A stretch of DNA of 59,441 bases, counting the filler, from Bipalium vagum (Eukaryota): NCBI GenBank assembly GCA_037834085.1. It is 3 parts of 3 records of this genome, joined end to end, with 100 filler letters (N's around TTAATTAATTAA, not from the genome) between each part and the next. Parts side by side here need not be neighbours in the genome. Positions count along the whole stretch, not along the records: positions 1 to 16,834 come from JBBMKC010090967.1; 2 more parts are not named here. One strand, 5' to 3'. Below are positions 1-12,260 of the stretch, one piece after another. The position numbers and the translations under genes were made by a program. Numbering within the stretch: position 1 is the stretch's first letter; each line of letters opens with the position of its first letter. The notes beneath the pieces are model-generated. The model saw only the letters and a program-made list of their open reading frames with translations. It was not told where the DNA came from and did not search any database.

Positions 1-599
1 ATAATAATAATGATAAAAATAAAATAAAATAATATTAATAAAAAACTCAAAAAATATTAATAAAAAATAAAATAAAATAATGATAATAGTAATAAAATAA
101 AATAATAATAATAAAAATAAAATAATAATAATAATAATGAAATAAAATAAAATAATAACAAGAAGAAAAAAATAATAAAAATAATCAATTGTGTAAAACA
201 ATATTATTTTTTATTATATTTAATAAAATTAATGATTTTATTTGGTTATTTAGAGTCATAATTCAATGAGTATTTTTAGACTAAATGATTTCTAAACAAT
301 ACATTAACTGTCTTTATTTACTTCCTTGAATCTAACCAGTGTCGCGTATTGATTTTTTTGGATTTTTAATGATTAATACACATTCATTATTATTACTTTA
401 TATGATTAATATTTTATTATTATCATTGGATTATATTATTATTTACTTTTAGTAGCATCGAGTAACATTATTGACATATAAACTTATTTTTGGACAACTG
501 AATTTATGGAAATAAAAATTAAATATAAATAAATAATATTTTAAACAGAACTTCGTTGGATATCTGATATTATTGAAATCGGTCAATAATTCAAGACGA

Positions 600-1260
600 A
601 GTGAATGGCTGAGTTGACTGAGTAATATTAAGTATTTTCCGATATGGAGTTCGGATCAATAATGTTGTTCTTTTTCTCTTAAATTATATTTCTGAAATGT
701 CTCTCTATTTGGTCATTATTATTGTGATGATAAGGATGACTAGGAAAACGAATTTCAGCATCTTCATTTATTTATGTGGTCTTAATTAACACTGGATCCC
801 GTTTATCACTTAAAATTTCTAATGGTCTTTTCAAACTTTCAAGTACTTTCGAAATCAATCGACCAAATTTTCCTTCTATGTTAAATGTGTATCCTTCTAT
901 GTATCACAACATCCATCATTCACATTATATTCACTTCTATGTTGCTGCTTCAAAATGTATCCAAAAACTCTACGAAATTTCATTCCGCCAATCGATTTCA
1001 GAATAACACTATATACCACCAAGAAGTTTACTAATTTTTTATTTTGGCCATCAGTTACTGTCACTCTAATCGTCCTTTTTTCTTTATTAAGATGTCGGTC
1101 ACACATCTCAACCTGTCACTAAAAATCTACATTTTGATATCCTACGACATGTGAGCAATCCTGGAGATCATTACATTAATTCCATTAGTCGGGTATCAAA
1201 CTTCACCCCGTGAACATTTAACTTAACACTTAATAACTTAACTCATTACTTTCCGCTTAT
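600..1260 (-). mobile_element. Ty3/Gypsy pol relic (protease-region fragment fused by deletion to integrase fragment)
   Basis: Minus-strand translation gives ILSDKRDP...IRFPSHPYHHNNNDQIERHFRNI (integrase D..E region, like 41130-41200). Bases 900-960 resemble 29420-29470 of the larger Gypsy relic. Confidence 0.7.
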
Positions 1261-1429
1261 GAGATGAACCTTTATCAAACAACCAATATTTCCTCTTGAT
1301 CGTATTTTTTAAAAATATTATTTAATATTTAAAGTGACATAATTGATTGGCCTACACGAAATTTTATATTTAACTTATAATTCGAATTTGTAAATTTGTA
1401 AAAGAAGATTATTTTCAGTTACCAAACAG

Positions 1430-1870
1430 ATGTTAGAGCAATCTCAGAATCCGACTCCTTCGGGATCTACTAAAATAGAGAGAAACGTCAATACTGCTTT
1501 AAAAAATCGCCCCAAACCCCTGAAAAAGATTAAGTCAAAGACTGTTACGCCGGACACTTTTTCTACTTCTAGTCCTTCTACAATATCTGATGACACTTGG
1601 AATAATTTCCATAGTCCCGAAAACGTGCAGTCAGAAAAGACTGCTGAAAAGCCGATAAAGAAGTTTATAATTTATTATTTTGTTAAAATATTGATTTTTA
1701 TTATAGAAAGAGTTCACTTTTTGCATTATCAAAGTGAGAGTTGTTTATTATTAAATTATATTTTATATTTATTATATTTATCTAACTTATTTCAATGTTG
1801 TTATTACTACAAGAAAAAATTTCTCCATTCATTACGAACGGATTTTTTGATTATATCAATCAGTTAAACA
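1430..1870 (+). CDS. Probable exon(s) of an unknown S/T/P/K-rich protein
   Basis: About 78 open codons of protein-like composition followed by intron-like AT-rich GT..AG segments. No family recognised. Confidence 0.35.
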
Positions 1871-2059
1871 AATTAAAATAATAAATAAATATTAATAAAT
1901 TAAATGTTTGTTTTAATCCTGCCCATAGATATTTAATTAATATATCTAAAAAATAATATATAATGAGATATGAATTTTGATAAAAAAAATAAAATCTGAC
2001 AATTTAATAAATATTACTACTTTTAGATTTTGTAATAAGTAGTATAACAGATAATATAC

Positions 2060-2460
2060 CACATAATGAAAGCTCGTATTTTTTCTTTTGGAGTTCGGTT
2101 GGAAATCATCAAAAACTGCTTGTGGAAATGACTTGATGAATAAAGAAAAAGTAAAGGATGAATTAGAAGATTCAAAATGTTGCCTTAAGTAAAAATCGAA
2201 AAAACGAACAATGATACACCAGAGACTAAGAAATAAAGAAACACAATTATCTTTGGCTAAAAGCATAAAAGGAGTAATCCTGTAGCCTAACAATGGTTTT
2301 ATCTAAAATAGTAATAGAAATATTTTTGAAGAAATTTCTTACATAATTCCACATAATTTGAAGAAAATTGTGCCTCACCCATGATATTCTCCGGACTTTG
2401 TTACAAAGAATATTATAAAATAAAGAAATGAAAGTGCTGATAGAAAATAGGAAAATATAA
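2060..2460 (+). mobile_element. Degraded mariner transposase fragment
   Basis: GVIL*PNNG (cf. GVILLHDNA) and VPHP*YSPDF (cf. HPPYSPDL). Confidence 0.55.
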
Positions 2461-2649
2461 TACAAAAATAAATCTCAATGTGTTTATTGGATTTCACTTT
2501 ACTTTAACGTTACTTGTGTTGAATTCAAAGATATCAATGAGGAAAAATTATAAATAATCGTCTAAAATAATCGAATATAATTTAGCAAATTAAAATTAAA
2601 GTTTTAATGTAATAACAAAATATATATTGAAAAATATAAATATTTTGTA

Positions 2650-2890
2650 TATACCCTTAATTTCCGGTAATAACCTGCACCCATAGAATGTTAAGAATTT
2701 TTAAACAGTTTTTTCTTTTATATAACCCGTACTTAAGGTATTCAGTAAATTATCAATAAAATAATTAATTTGTAATATTGATTCTAATTTTATCAATATT
2801 TTTTAAATTTTAGAGCTATTAAACAATATGAATACACGAAATTCATATACAGCTAATAAAAAACTTGAAATTATTCACACATTTTACGAT
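2650..2890 (+). mobile_element. pogo/Tc2-like 5' end with Brinker-type DNA-binding start
   Basis: TIR-like TA-CCCTTAATTTCCGGTAATAA, then MNTRNSYTANKKLEIIH (cf. RRSYTAAFKLKVI). Confidence 0.45.
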
Positions 2891-3329
2891 ATTTAAATAA
2901 TAATTATAATATAATATAATTTGATATATTTGGTTAAATTAAAAATGGTTAAATTAAAAAACTGCCTTATTTAAATGTTAGCTGTATTTTTTCTCACTTA
3001 ATAATATTACATAATACCTTTCATTTCATTCATTCTTTGTTGGAAAAGAGAAAATGAAATATTGATGACCTAAAATAAAATTTCGCACTTGTATTTGATA
3101 TGATTTCAAACAAGGAAAGACTTCACGAGACTCATGCCGAACGATTTGTGATTTTTTGTTGATATTGTTATTAGTAATAGACTATAAATTAAAAGAATTG
3201 TAATAGATTTAAGGAAAAATATTTTTGAAGAAAATAGAGGCCAATGGGCTTTCATGGTTTTAGATTGTTGAAAAAATCCAATTACAAATGAGAAACATAT
3301 TTCAATTATTTTCTTCTGCAACTAACTAT

Positions 3330-4253
3330 TTTTTGTTACAAGTCATATCATAGAAATAGCTACCGCACAAAATATATGTGAAGTTGAAATTTTGATATTT
3401 CTGGATTGCAGCAATAACAAACAATGCAACAACATGATAGCAGTTATGAAACTGTAATGTAATAATTAAGACCACCTGTTAAGCCTTAACGATGAGCCTC
3501 GCATATTTGTATCCACATAGTAAAAGATTTTTTTTAAGGATATTGAATTTCTGAATAAATTCCTTTTAATTTTGCAAAAATATATTGATGACAAAGTCGT
3601 ATCCAGATTTGTTGCCACGCGTTGGAATAGTGTTTTCAATAAAAGGACTGAATTAATCAAATTACTGAAAGTTAAATGTCTAGGAAAATTGCGTTGAAAT
3701 TGAACAGCTTCTGTCTTTAATTTATTTATTGAATTTATCCCACATGGAAAGATATAGATACAGTTTCAATAGTATTTTATTACATTATAATAATATTGGA
3801 CGTGATATAATTGTAACTATTATAAAGAAACGATGTGCTTTAATCAGAAATCCAATCGTGAATTTGATAGCATTCATAGAAAATTTCAAAGAATTTGATC
3901 ATGAAACCTTCCATAGGTTAAACAATTGGCTAATCGCATTGAATATATCTGAGTTTAAAGAGTATATGGTAGATCATCTCTTAAGGGTTTGATGGAATAC
4001 ACCTTTAAAATTGAAATTACTGTATAAATATAAGTTATCGAGGATTGCTGTCAGTGAAGTGGCTGTTGAAAGATGTTTTGGAATACATAAGCGGGTACAT
4101 ACATCTATTAGATTTAGGTTGACAAATGATATTGTTGAAGATATATTCTTACGTTATAATTATAAGGTTGAAAATAAAATGAACGAAGAAAAATATAATT
4201 TTAGTGATTCTGAGGACATTTTTCTGCATCTCTTTTTGATGAATAAAGTTTAG
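3330..4253 (+). mobile_element. hAT transposase pseudogene
   Basis: VATRWNSVF motif near 3610 and C-terminal dimerisation domain SEVAVERCFGIHKRVHTSIRFRL (ORF 4011-4253). Confidence 0.85.
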
Positions 4254-4945
4254 AAATCTGTTTTATATTTGTTATAGTATTGTTATAAGCTATATTTCAA
4301 TTAATGTAGTTGTTCTTTATTTAAGTTGATTATGTAAATTTTATGCAACATATAAATCCTAAAATAACTCGAACCCCAACCGAAAACCGTAAAATCTGTC
4401 AATAGTCCGTCGGGTTAGGGTAATAGTCAATGCAGGAGGCGATTTCAACGATTTAAGTGGAGATTTAAATTAATTTTAATAGAAATAATTATCTCGACAA
4501 TCTTATTAACATGTTAAAATGTCTCGCTTAAGAATGTAAATGCTTTGAAAAATCAAGAAATTTATTAATAGTCTTAATAAATGAGAAATAGAAAATGAAC
4601 CGTGAATGAAAAATATCGAAGTGGTTGAAGTCTTCACTGTGAATTGAATATTGATTAAAATTATTATATAATAAAATTTGGTGTAACTAAATTTTATTTA
4701 TTTTTATTAGTGACATTATCTTGAATCAAAATATTATTATTATACTTTTCATATACACACTTAGTAATTTCGACAGGTTTAGATCTGATTATGAACGCCT
4801 TCGCTTATTAAAAATTGTGTTTTACTGTTCATTTTAAAGAACTTTAATTATACTTATTTTCAGTAAAACGCACCACAAAATTATAAAACTGAGCAATGAA
4901 GTTATCAAAGATATTTGATCGTATTGCAAGAAATAAATAAATGTA

Positions 4946-5506
4946 CAGGATGTCTCAAAAAAATGTATACACACTTTAAATATTAAGTAATTATGAGTCC
5001 TTATTACTTGTTTTATATTTTGTTTAAGTACTCCAATAACTGATAAGGAATTACCGCTATTTTAAGCTTATAAATTTATTCTTTAAGATTGAATCATGAA
5101 AGGTAGATTTAACTTTGAGCAACGAAAATTTATTATCAAAAATTACTTCAAGTTTGAAAATATAAAAGATGTACAGACCCTGTTCAAGAAAGAATTTCAG
5201 TTAGATCCTCTAACAAGACTGACAATCAGTCGAATAAAGGATAAATTCGAAAAAGATGGAACTATTAATAATATCAATAAGAACCATTCTGGAAGACGAA
5301 AAATATCCACAAGTACCACAAAGGAAGAAAGAATGCTGGAATTATTGAATCGAAGCCCACAAACATCTGTGAGAAAAGCAATTCTTGAGGTAGGAATCTC
5401 AATATATTCTGTTCACCGAACTTTGAAGCGCTACCATATGAAATGCGATAATTATGATATAATTTATAATTATTTTAAGTGTGTATACATTTTTTGAGAC
5501 ACCCTG
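4946..5506 (+). mobile_element. Internally deleted Tc1/mariner-superfamily element (DD41D/rosa-like) with both TIRs
   Basis: TIR CAGGATGTCTCAAAAAAATGTATACACAC vs GTGTGTATACATTTTTTGAGACACCCTG. TA duplications at 4944-45 and 5507-08. Confidence 0.92.
5096..5497 (+). CDS. Truncated transposase: N-terminal HTH (DUF4817-like) DNA-binding region only, ORF intact (133 aa)
   Basis: F.FEQRKFII..YF...VQ..F..EF..DP.TR.TI.RI.DKFE..G pattern plus SGRR linker and second HTH. No DDE/D domain. Confidence 0.75.
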   Translation: MKGRFNFEQRKFIIKNYFKFENIKDVQTLFKKEFQLDPLTRLTISRIKDKFEKDGTINNINKNHSGRRKISTSTTKEERMLELLNRSPQTSVRKAILEVGISIYSVHRTLKRYHMKCDNYDIIYNYFKCVYIF

Positions 5507-6069
5507 TATATGGAAAATATGTAGAGATGTCAACGAGTCATGTCGCCGCGACATTAGACAAAAAATTGGATTATTTTTTCTATTAATTAAAAGATTGTTT
5601 TACCTTTGAAGTATTTGTTCGATATTTGCTAGAGCTGATTTTTTAATTCTTTCAATATTTTATGGGCACTAAATGAAGACCATAGATGAAGACTGGCAGT
5701 ATGCAACCTTACATTATCTTGTTTAAAAAACTACTGCTTTGAAGTGTTTCTATTAATGGAAGTAAAAAGGATCTAATTTTAATTTTGAAGACCATTCAAA
5801 CTACCTCTGATAAATACAAGACGATGTGCCTGGAAACAGTTATTGAAAATCACATCAAGAACCTATGATGTATTCCGAAATTCTGTAGATTTCCTAAAAT
5901 CATATTGGTCGTAAAAGTATGAGCCATTTAAGTTCTGGTGAATTCCCTAGATACCAATGAACCTTTTCTTGATTGGCTAATAACTGTTAATGAGATATAA
6001 ATTACAACTTACTGTCTGGTTCTACTTCCTAAAAATGAAACCATCATTGCTGTTTATTGTGCCCAGTTT

Positions 6070-6840
6070 TCCCGTTTAAAATTAAAGCATGAACAACCTT
6101 ACTCTACACGATCACACCAAACACCATTATAAGTTCTACCACAACCATAATATAACCCAGAGATCATTCTAGATGATTTTCACCAATTCTGGTTGCTGCA
6201 ACATTTTTGAATGATCAATCATTTAACCTGGTGAAAGACGTTGAAAGTGCACTACAACAGTGAAGGAATTGCGTTAATAAACAGAATAATTTATAATTTC
6301 TGAAATTTTATAAAATATTTTCAAATGATGCACCACATTATTTTCTTGCCAAATTTGAAAAGCTTTCATTACTTTAGATAAGTTTGTTCATCAATTGTGA
6401 AGAAATGTTAAGTTTCAAAGTGCAACTCCAAAGAAGCACGTGGTACTTCATAAGCTTGGTATCAATTGTTAATTATTTACAAAGATTGCTGGTATCTTAT
6501 TATTTGACAAGTAATCGGGTTCTGTCTTGGTTCACTGTGTAGGTTTCTATATTACTATTGACTTGGGGTGTCTTTTTGGGAATCTTCTTTTAATTAATCA
6601 ATACATTGAATTTTATCTTATCGTTTTTACACAAGTTTCAGATTTTTTATGATCATTTAAAGTCAAGTAATTTTTCCACGAAACATGATCTGCTTTATCT
6701 TTACTATATTTATGAAGACAATATTCAACGCTTCGGTAGTTTTCTCTAGTTAATGTACGAGACTTTTCACCGGTCTTATATATCACTTCTAAATCGTATT
6801 GTACTTCAATTATTTTATTATTTTGTTCATATCTAGATCA
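6070..6840 (-). pseudogene. GDA1/CD39 NTPDase-like C-terminal relic
   Basis: One frame reads FSNLARK*CGASFENIL*NFRNYKLFC...IGENHLE*SLGYIMVVVELIMVFGVIV. Cys spacing and xW(S/T)LGY resemble the CD39 ACR5 region, followed by a hydrophobic tail. Several stops. Confidence 0.35.
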
Positions 6841-7899
6841 AAGAAAAGCAAAACCGGTGAAATAAGTTTAGATGATTTGGGCAAAGAGGTTTCTGGTGGA
6901 TCCGACTGTGATTGAGGTTTGTTTTGAATTGAGTCGTGAAAATAAAAAGAGCTTTCTAGGCCTTATAAGGATGGCGATTGATTCAACTATTGCTTGAATT
7001 ACATTTTCATTTATTTTTTTATTCCCATGAAAAATAAAAAGGTTTTGTATTATTCTTTTTAAAATAAAGATTAATTCGCGTTTTTTGTTTTAGTGGACTC
7101 AATTCTGTGAAAAGGATTACTCATTAAAATGTTGATAAATACATTATTTGCGTTTTTAGTTCATTTTTGATTATTTGAAGTTATTTAATTTTCCATGGTT
7201 CAAGAAATCTTTAAATTTAAGTTGTAAACAGTGCTATGAAAATTATTAAAACTTTATAAATTATTACATTTGTTTTAATTTATAATTTGAATGTTAAAAA
7301 TGATAGATGAAGATATGATTTTTTTTTACCTGTAATGCGTCACTATTTTAAAAATGAAAAAATACATCGAAAGTATACAGTCGATATTTTTCCAGTTTAT
7401 ATCAGTTTAAAAACACTTCTAGCCAGCCATCATGGAATTATAATAAAATCAATCCTACAGGATTGATAATTATACGATATTTGAGTTCCACGTTTATTAT
7501 CCGAAAAAAAATGTTTCAGGAAGTTTCTGGTTTCGATCTTTTAATAAAATATCCTTGAAATGATTAACATCGATTCAGGAGTTAAACATTTTGAATTAGA
7601 AAAATGGAGGTTCATTTAAACAAAAAGTAATCATCCTTAAAAAAGAGTTATCGGGCCTTCCTTTTCAAGATTTAAACTTCTCTTCAGTAATTTTAAGTTA
7701 CAAAAATCACTGATATTTTAGGTTCACAGTTCTTCATCTTGGGAATTTTTGGAAAAAAAATTTAAAAATTATAAGTTCTTTTCATTAAAATGTTATTTAT
7801 TTTTGCCTATCAATAATAATTATTATTAATTTTAATATTTCTTGAGATTTTGTCTGTAAGAAAAATAGTAATATTTTATATTAACCAATGATTATTAAC

Positions 7900-8660
7900 T
7901 GACTCCTTCACTTTGCCATGGTTAAGTTCAAAAGGAATTTCATGGGCTACAATAGACACAATGAGAATAACTTTTCTATTCTCCAACTCTGTAAACAACA
8001 AAATTATAATGTCAACTGAATGTCAAATAATATATCACGAAATAATTGATACCTTCAAACACAAGTATACCACACCAAATGGATATATAATGTCAGAACA
8101 TTTTTAACCGCTCTACTCGAACACCTGATTCACGAATAAATCAGTCTTAATCTTTGATGCCTTCTCTAACTCCCATTGATAATAGGCATTATCTAGATCA
8201 ACTGAAATAAAATACTTTTGTTCCACACAAGGCATTTGGTATCTCATCCACATTTGATATCGGAAATGAATGATTTTCCGTCACTGCATTTAACTTGCAG
8301 AAATCCAAACATATTTTTCTTTTCCTTCTTCCAAACACAGACCAACGTCATGTTCCAAGGAAAATTAGACTTCTTAATAGTTCAATTAACCTACAGGTTC
8401 TTGACAGTCTCCAGTATCTTTTCCTCAAGGTTCATCGGGTGGCTAAAATGTTTAAGATTACTCAGTTCTCCTGCTGTTCGGATTTGGTGTTTCGATATAT
8501 GGGCCCAGTCGATATCCCACTTATTTGAAATAAAAACATTCTCGTTCGCTTTTATTATCCGCAACAGTTACCCGTTGCCCATTGCTCGTCTCTTCTACTT
8601 TCATCTTAAAACACTCTCCATCTTTGACTTCATTGTCAAAGGTCCATTCAATATTATTAT
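7900..8660 (-). mobile_element. Ty3/Gypsy reverse transcriptase relic
   Basis: KHQIRT...IKKSNFPWNMTLVCVWKKEK (RT N-terminal S.SPW..P.V.V.K motif), frameshifted and deleted. Confidence 0.75.
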
Positions 8661-8829
8661 GTCTACAAATATATTTTTTATTTTTTATAATTAAAATTAA
8701 AATGAAATTATTTTTTTGTATATTTGTTGTTGTTTAAATAATATTCACTTTGAGCGCTAATTATAATAATATATTAATTTTTTAAATAGTTTGCACATCA
8801 TTAATTATTTAATATTTTAGATTCATTAT

Positions 8830-9747
8830 TAAGAACCATGAAAGAGCTGGACGACCAAGAAAAACTACTGATACAAAAGGCCGTAGAATTATAATCACAA
8901 GCAAGCGTAATAGAGGTCTAACGGCACCAGAAATTGCCTCTCACATAAACCATGCCTGAGAAAGAGGTATCAGCGTAACAATGGTAAAAGACCGGCTTCA
9001 TAAAGGTCGGATGAATAGAAGTTTGAAGTTTTTTGATCATGAAGGCGTGTATTTGTTCACAAATTTATTGATGAGAGGTTCTCAGATCAATGCATAATCC
9101 CAACTATTAAGCATGGAGGAGGATCTGTTATGATTTGGGGTTGTTTTGGTGGTCCATCATTAGGAGATCTAATCAAAATTGATGGTAAACTATTTAAAGA
9201 AGGCTATAAAAATATACTACAAAGTAACGCCATTCCTTCTGGACTAAGAATTATCGGCAATAATTTTACTTTTCAACAGGACAATGATCCTAAACATGAA
9301 GCTAAACTATGTCAGGATTATTTGAAAAAGATGGGGAAAATATATAATAAAAATAATGATCTGGCCCCCTCAATCACCTGACCTTAATCCCATAGAGTTA
9401 CTATGGGATGAATTGGACCGAAGTGTTAGAAAAACCTGCCAAAATACACAGAAGGATCTGTGGCAGAAACTCCAAAAGGAATGGGTAAAAATTTAACCAG
9501 ATACCTTACGAAATTTATTAGAAAGGATGCTAAGGCTATGCCAAATGATCATTGAAAAACAAGGAGGTTACATAGATGAAGTTTCGGTTCAATGCTTAAT
9601 TAGTTAAAATTTTTCTTATGTTACTATGTTTGGTAATTATCAATAAATGTGTGTTGAAAAAATCTTAACTTTTATTGCTTTTTTGTAAGAGTTGTTAGAG
9701 TTCAAAGTTATACTTAAAGGGTGTACAAATACTTTCCGACCGTAGTG
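8830..9747 (+). mobile_element. Tc1 (DD34E) transposon relic with 3' TIR
   Basis: GRPRKTT, KHGGGSVMIWGCF, FQQDNDPKH, WPPQSPDLNPIELLW. Ends ...TACTTTCCGACCGTAGTG followed by TA. Confidence 0.92.
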
Positions 9748-12260
9748 TATATTTTTTAAATTTGCGTATGAAGTAAGTAATTTAACTTTGATTTATTTTT
9801 CATGTTAATTTTGTTATTTTTTTTAATTATTAATATTTTAACATGAATTCCAGTGATGTCATTGCTTTTAAAAACGTTCGCGATTCACGTTTGTTAAAGT
9901 GATTTGATAATTGATATGATTTTTAAATTTTTAATGCGAGTTGATTTTTTGGACAAAAATAATAATTAGTAAGTTTAATATAATGTGGAACAGAAGTATA
10001 ATCTTGATGATGCAGTCTTGTTTGTGTCGTTTCTTCTTTTTATCACATTGAAAGAGGAAAGACAACAAAATAATATGTTGATGAAAATAAACCATTTGTT
10101 AAGGAGACAATGATATTAATACTTATGAAAAGTTGTCCGATAAGTGTGGTTTGTAATTTTTGTTGGTTGGTAGAAGCAATTACATCATAATATACAAGTA
10201 AATCAGTAAAACTGGTGAAAGACTAGGCTGATCCAATATTTTTCTCATTTCAATTGCACCCGGCTTTTTGATTAACAGGTCGTTCTCAGTTGAGTTCCAG
10301 CTGAGCTCATAATTAAATTTCCTGGTAATCCATTAGTTAATAGAAAAGAGGAAATGAATCAAAAAAACTAATTACCTTTTTTCCACACAGTGGGATGCAT
10401 TTGAGCTGAGTCTATAAAACTCCAAGTTTTCATATTAGTCAATGGAAAGGGGGAGAAGAGAGAGTTTCGATACAGTAGTTAAAAATGTATGTTTTGGAAT
10501 CATGGGAGCTCTGCGAACTTCTTTTTAAGTGTCATATCTGTCTGGGCTAGAAGATGGAGAGAAAGTTTTAAGAAAATTTGGAGGAGAGATTGAGTAATAT
10601 AGTTTGAGAATAAATTGAGAAGAGTTTGAAGAAAGCTTTTGAAAAGACTTTAAAGGAGACTTTGAAAAACTTTTTTTGGGAGATTTAAAATATATTGTTG
10701 AAAATTTTTGAAGACGAATTTCGAAGACCCAAGCAGAATCATATATCATTGACTTTGATTTAATTCACATCCATAAATAATTTTAATTTATTTCTTTTAA
10801 AATTGGAGTCAGATCTGATCAGGTAAAAGAGAGCCCAGGATATAGTTAACATTTCAATAAATACTAACATTTTCAATATTATTGTATCGTGAGGAAGCTT
10901 TCTTTCCCTTATTATTTCAGGAAGTTCTATTCTATTTTGTCGAAGTGTACCAATATTACTAATTTTTGCTTCAGTTATTGTTGTGAAAGATTTAAGGAGA
11001 TGAAGTAAATATCACAAATGTAGCTATATCTTGGTTAATAAAGCTTTATCGAATTACCAAAGATCTTTAAAATATACGCTGGTAAACATTCGTTTAAGCG
11101 CACTAAGGAAATACATTGTTTCGATAATTTATTTTTATTAATTTATGGTTGATAATTAAATTTTTATATTATATTATATTATTATTTTAATATTATATGC
11201 TGAAAGTAGTCTAGCACAGGTTTTTTATAGGATTTTGAAATATGAATAAAATAATTTGATTAAAAGAAATTTATTTATAAAATTGCGAAACATTCGCTTA
11301 AGCACAGTTAGGCTGCTATACAATGAATTTCAAAATAACGATTTTAGTTACATAAATTAGACGTTTTCAACAAATTATATTCAATAAATATTGAATATTA
11401 CAATTACAGTTAAAATTCGGTTTTCTGTCAATAATTTTTGTACTGTAAAGAATGACGATAAAGACCAGAGAAAATAACTTTTTTTTCTAGTGTCTCCAAA
11501 ATTTCTCATATTACTTATTGATCATGAAATCTGTGAGAATGATTTGTGTAAATAAAAAACGATTTCAGAGGTATTGGTGGACATGTAACCATAATTATTA
11601 AAATAACTCCAAAGTTCATTGGGGATCACTTAACTATCTTACATGTTGTCTGCAATTGAGCTTCCATTGTCAGATATATGGTCGAAATACAAATCCAATT
11701 CATAACATTAATAGATAAATCTGCCCAGAGTTCATAGAATGAACAAAATTCGGATTATAGACAAGAAAATATTTTCAATATTGTATTACTGAATAAATGC
11801 TAATCACCAATGTCCACTTTTGTCAATTGAACAATCTAATTATATCACTGGTATGTATTTGTAAATGAATAGTTGATTTAGAATTTAATGATTAGCACAA
11901 TTTATTATGTAACCACTGGAAAGACGATAACGACAAATAATAATGATTCCATTCTATAACATTAGGCACTACAATATAAAATAACAAAAATCATTAAAAA
12001 CCAACTAAATTATATTTTTTACTCAAATTAATAATTACAAATATCAATATTTTCAAAATAACTAATAATAATAATCAATCAATCAAAAGAAATTCGGTTT
12101 AAACAAATGTGTAAAATCAATGAATGAAAATATATGGAATGTTTGGTTGGTAAATATTGAGCAAAACAATAAACAATATAAATAATACCTACAAATGCTC
12201 GATATAGAATCAAACAAAGAATAGAAAATTTTAAATTGTGATTATAAAAGGTCTGTGAAG

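Noticed and set aside
1-240. Telomere-like or functional repeat
   Set aside because: Degenerate (AAT/AAAAT)n low-complexity tract like many others in the window.
2240-2310. Dual-specificity phosphatase C-terminal motif (PNNGF)
   Set aside because: Context GVIL*PNN plus downstream HP*YSPD identifies it as decayed mariner HDNA.
6100-6400. Stop-codon reassignment (TGA=Trp, TAA=Tyr/Gln) suggested by in-frame stops in the NTPDase-like region
   Set aside because: Tropomyosin and C2CD2L splice into long frames with no internal stops and end in TGA and TAA. TE relics show the same stop accumulation, so ordinary decay suffices.
8218-8694. Long ORFs such as 8218-8694, 1946-2293, 776-1006, 41136-41453 and 37779-38075
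   Set aside because: Antisense shadows of TE coding sequence.
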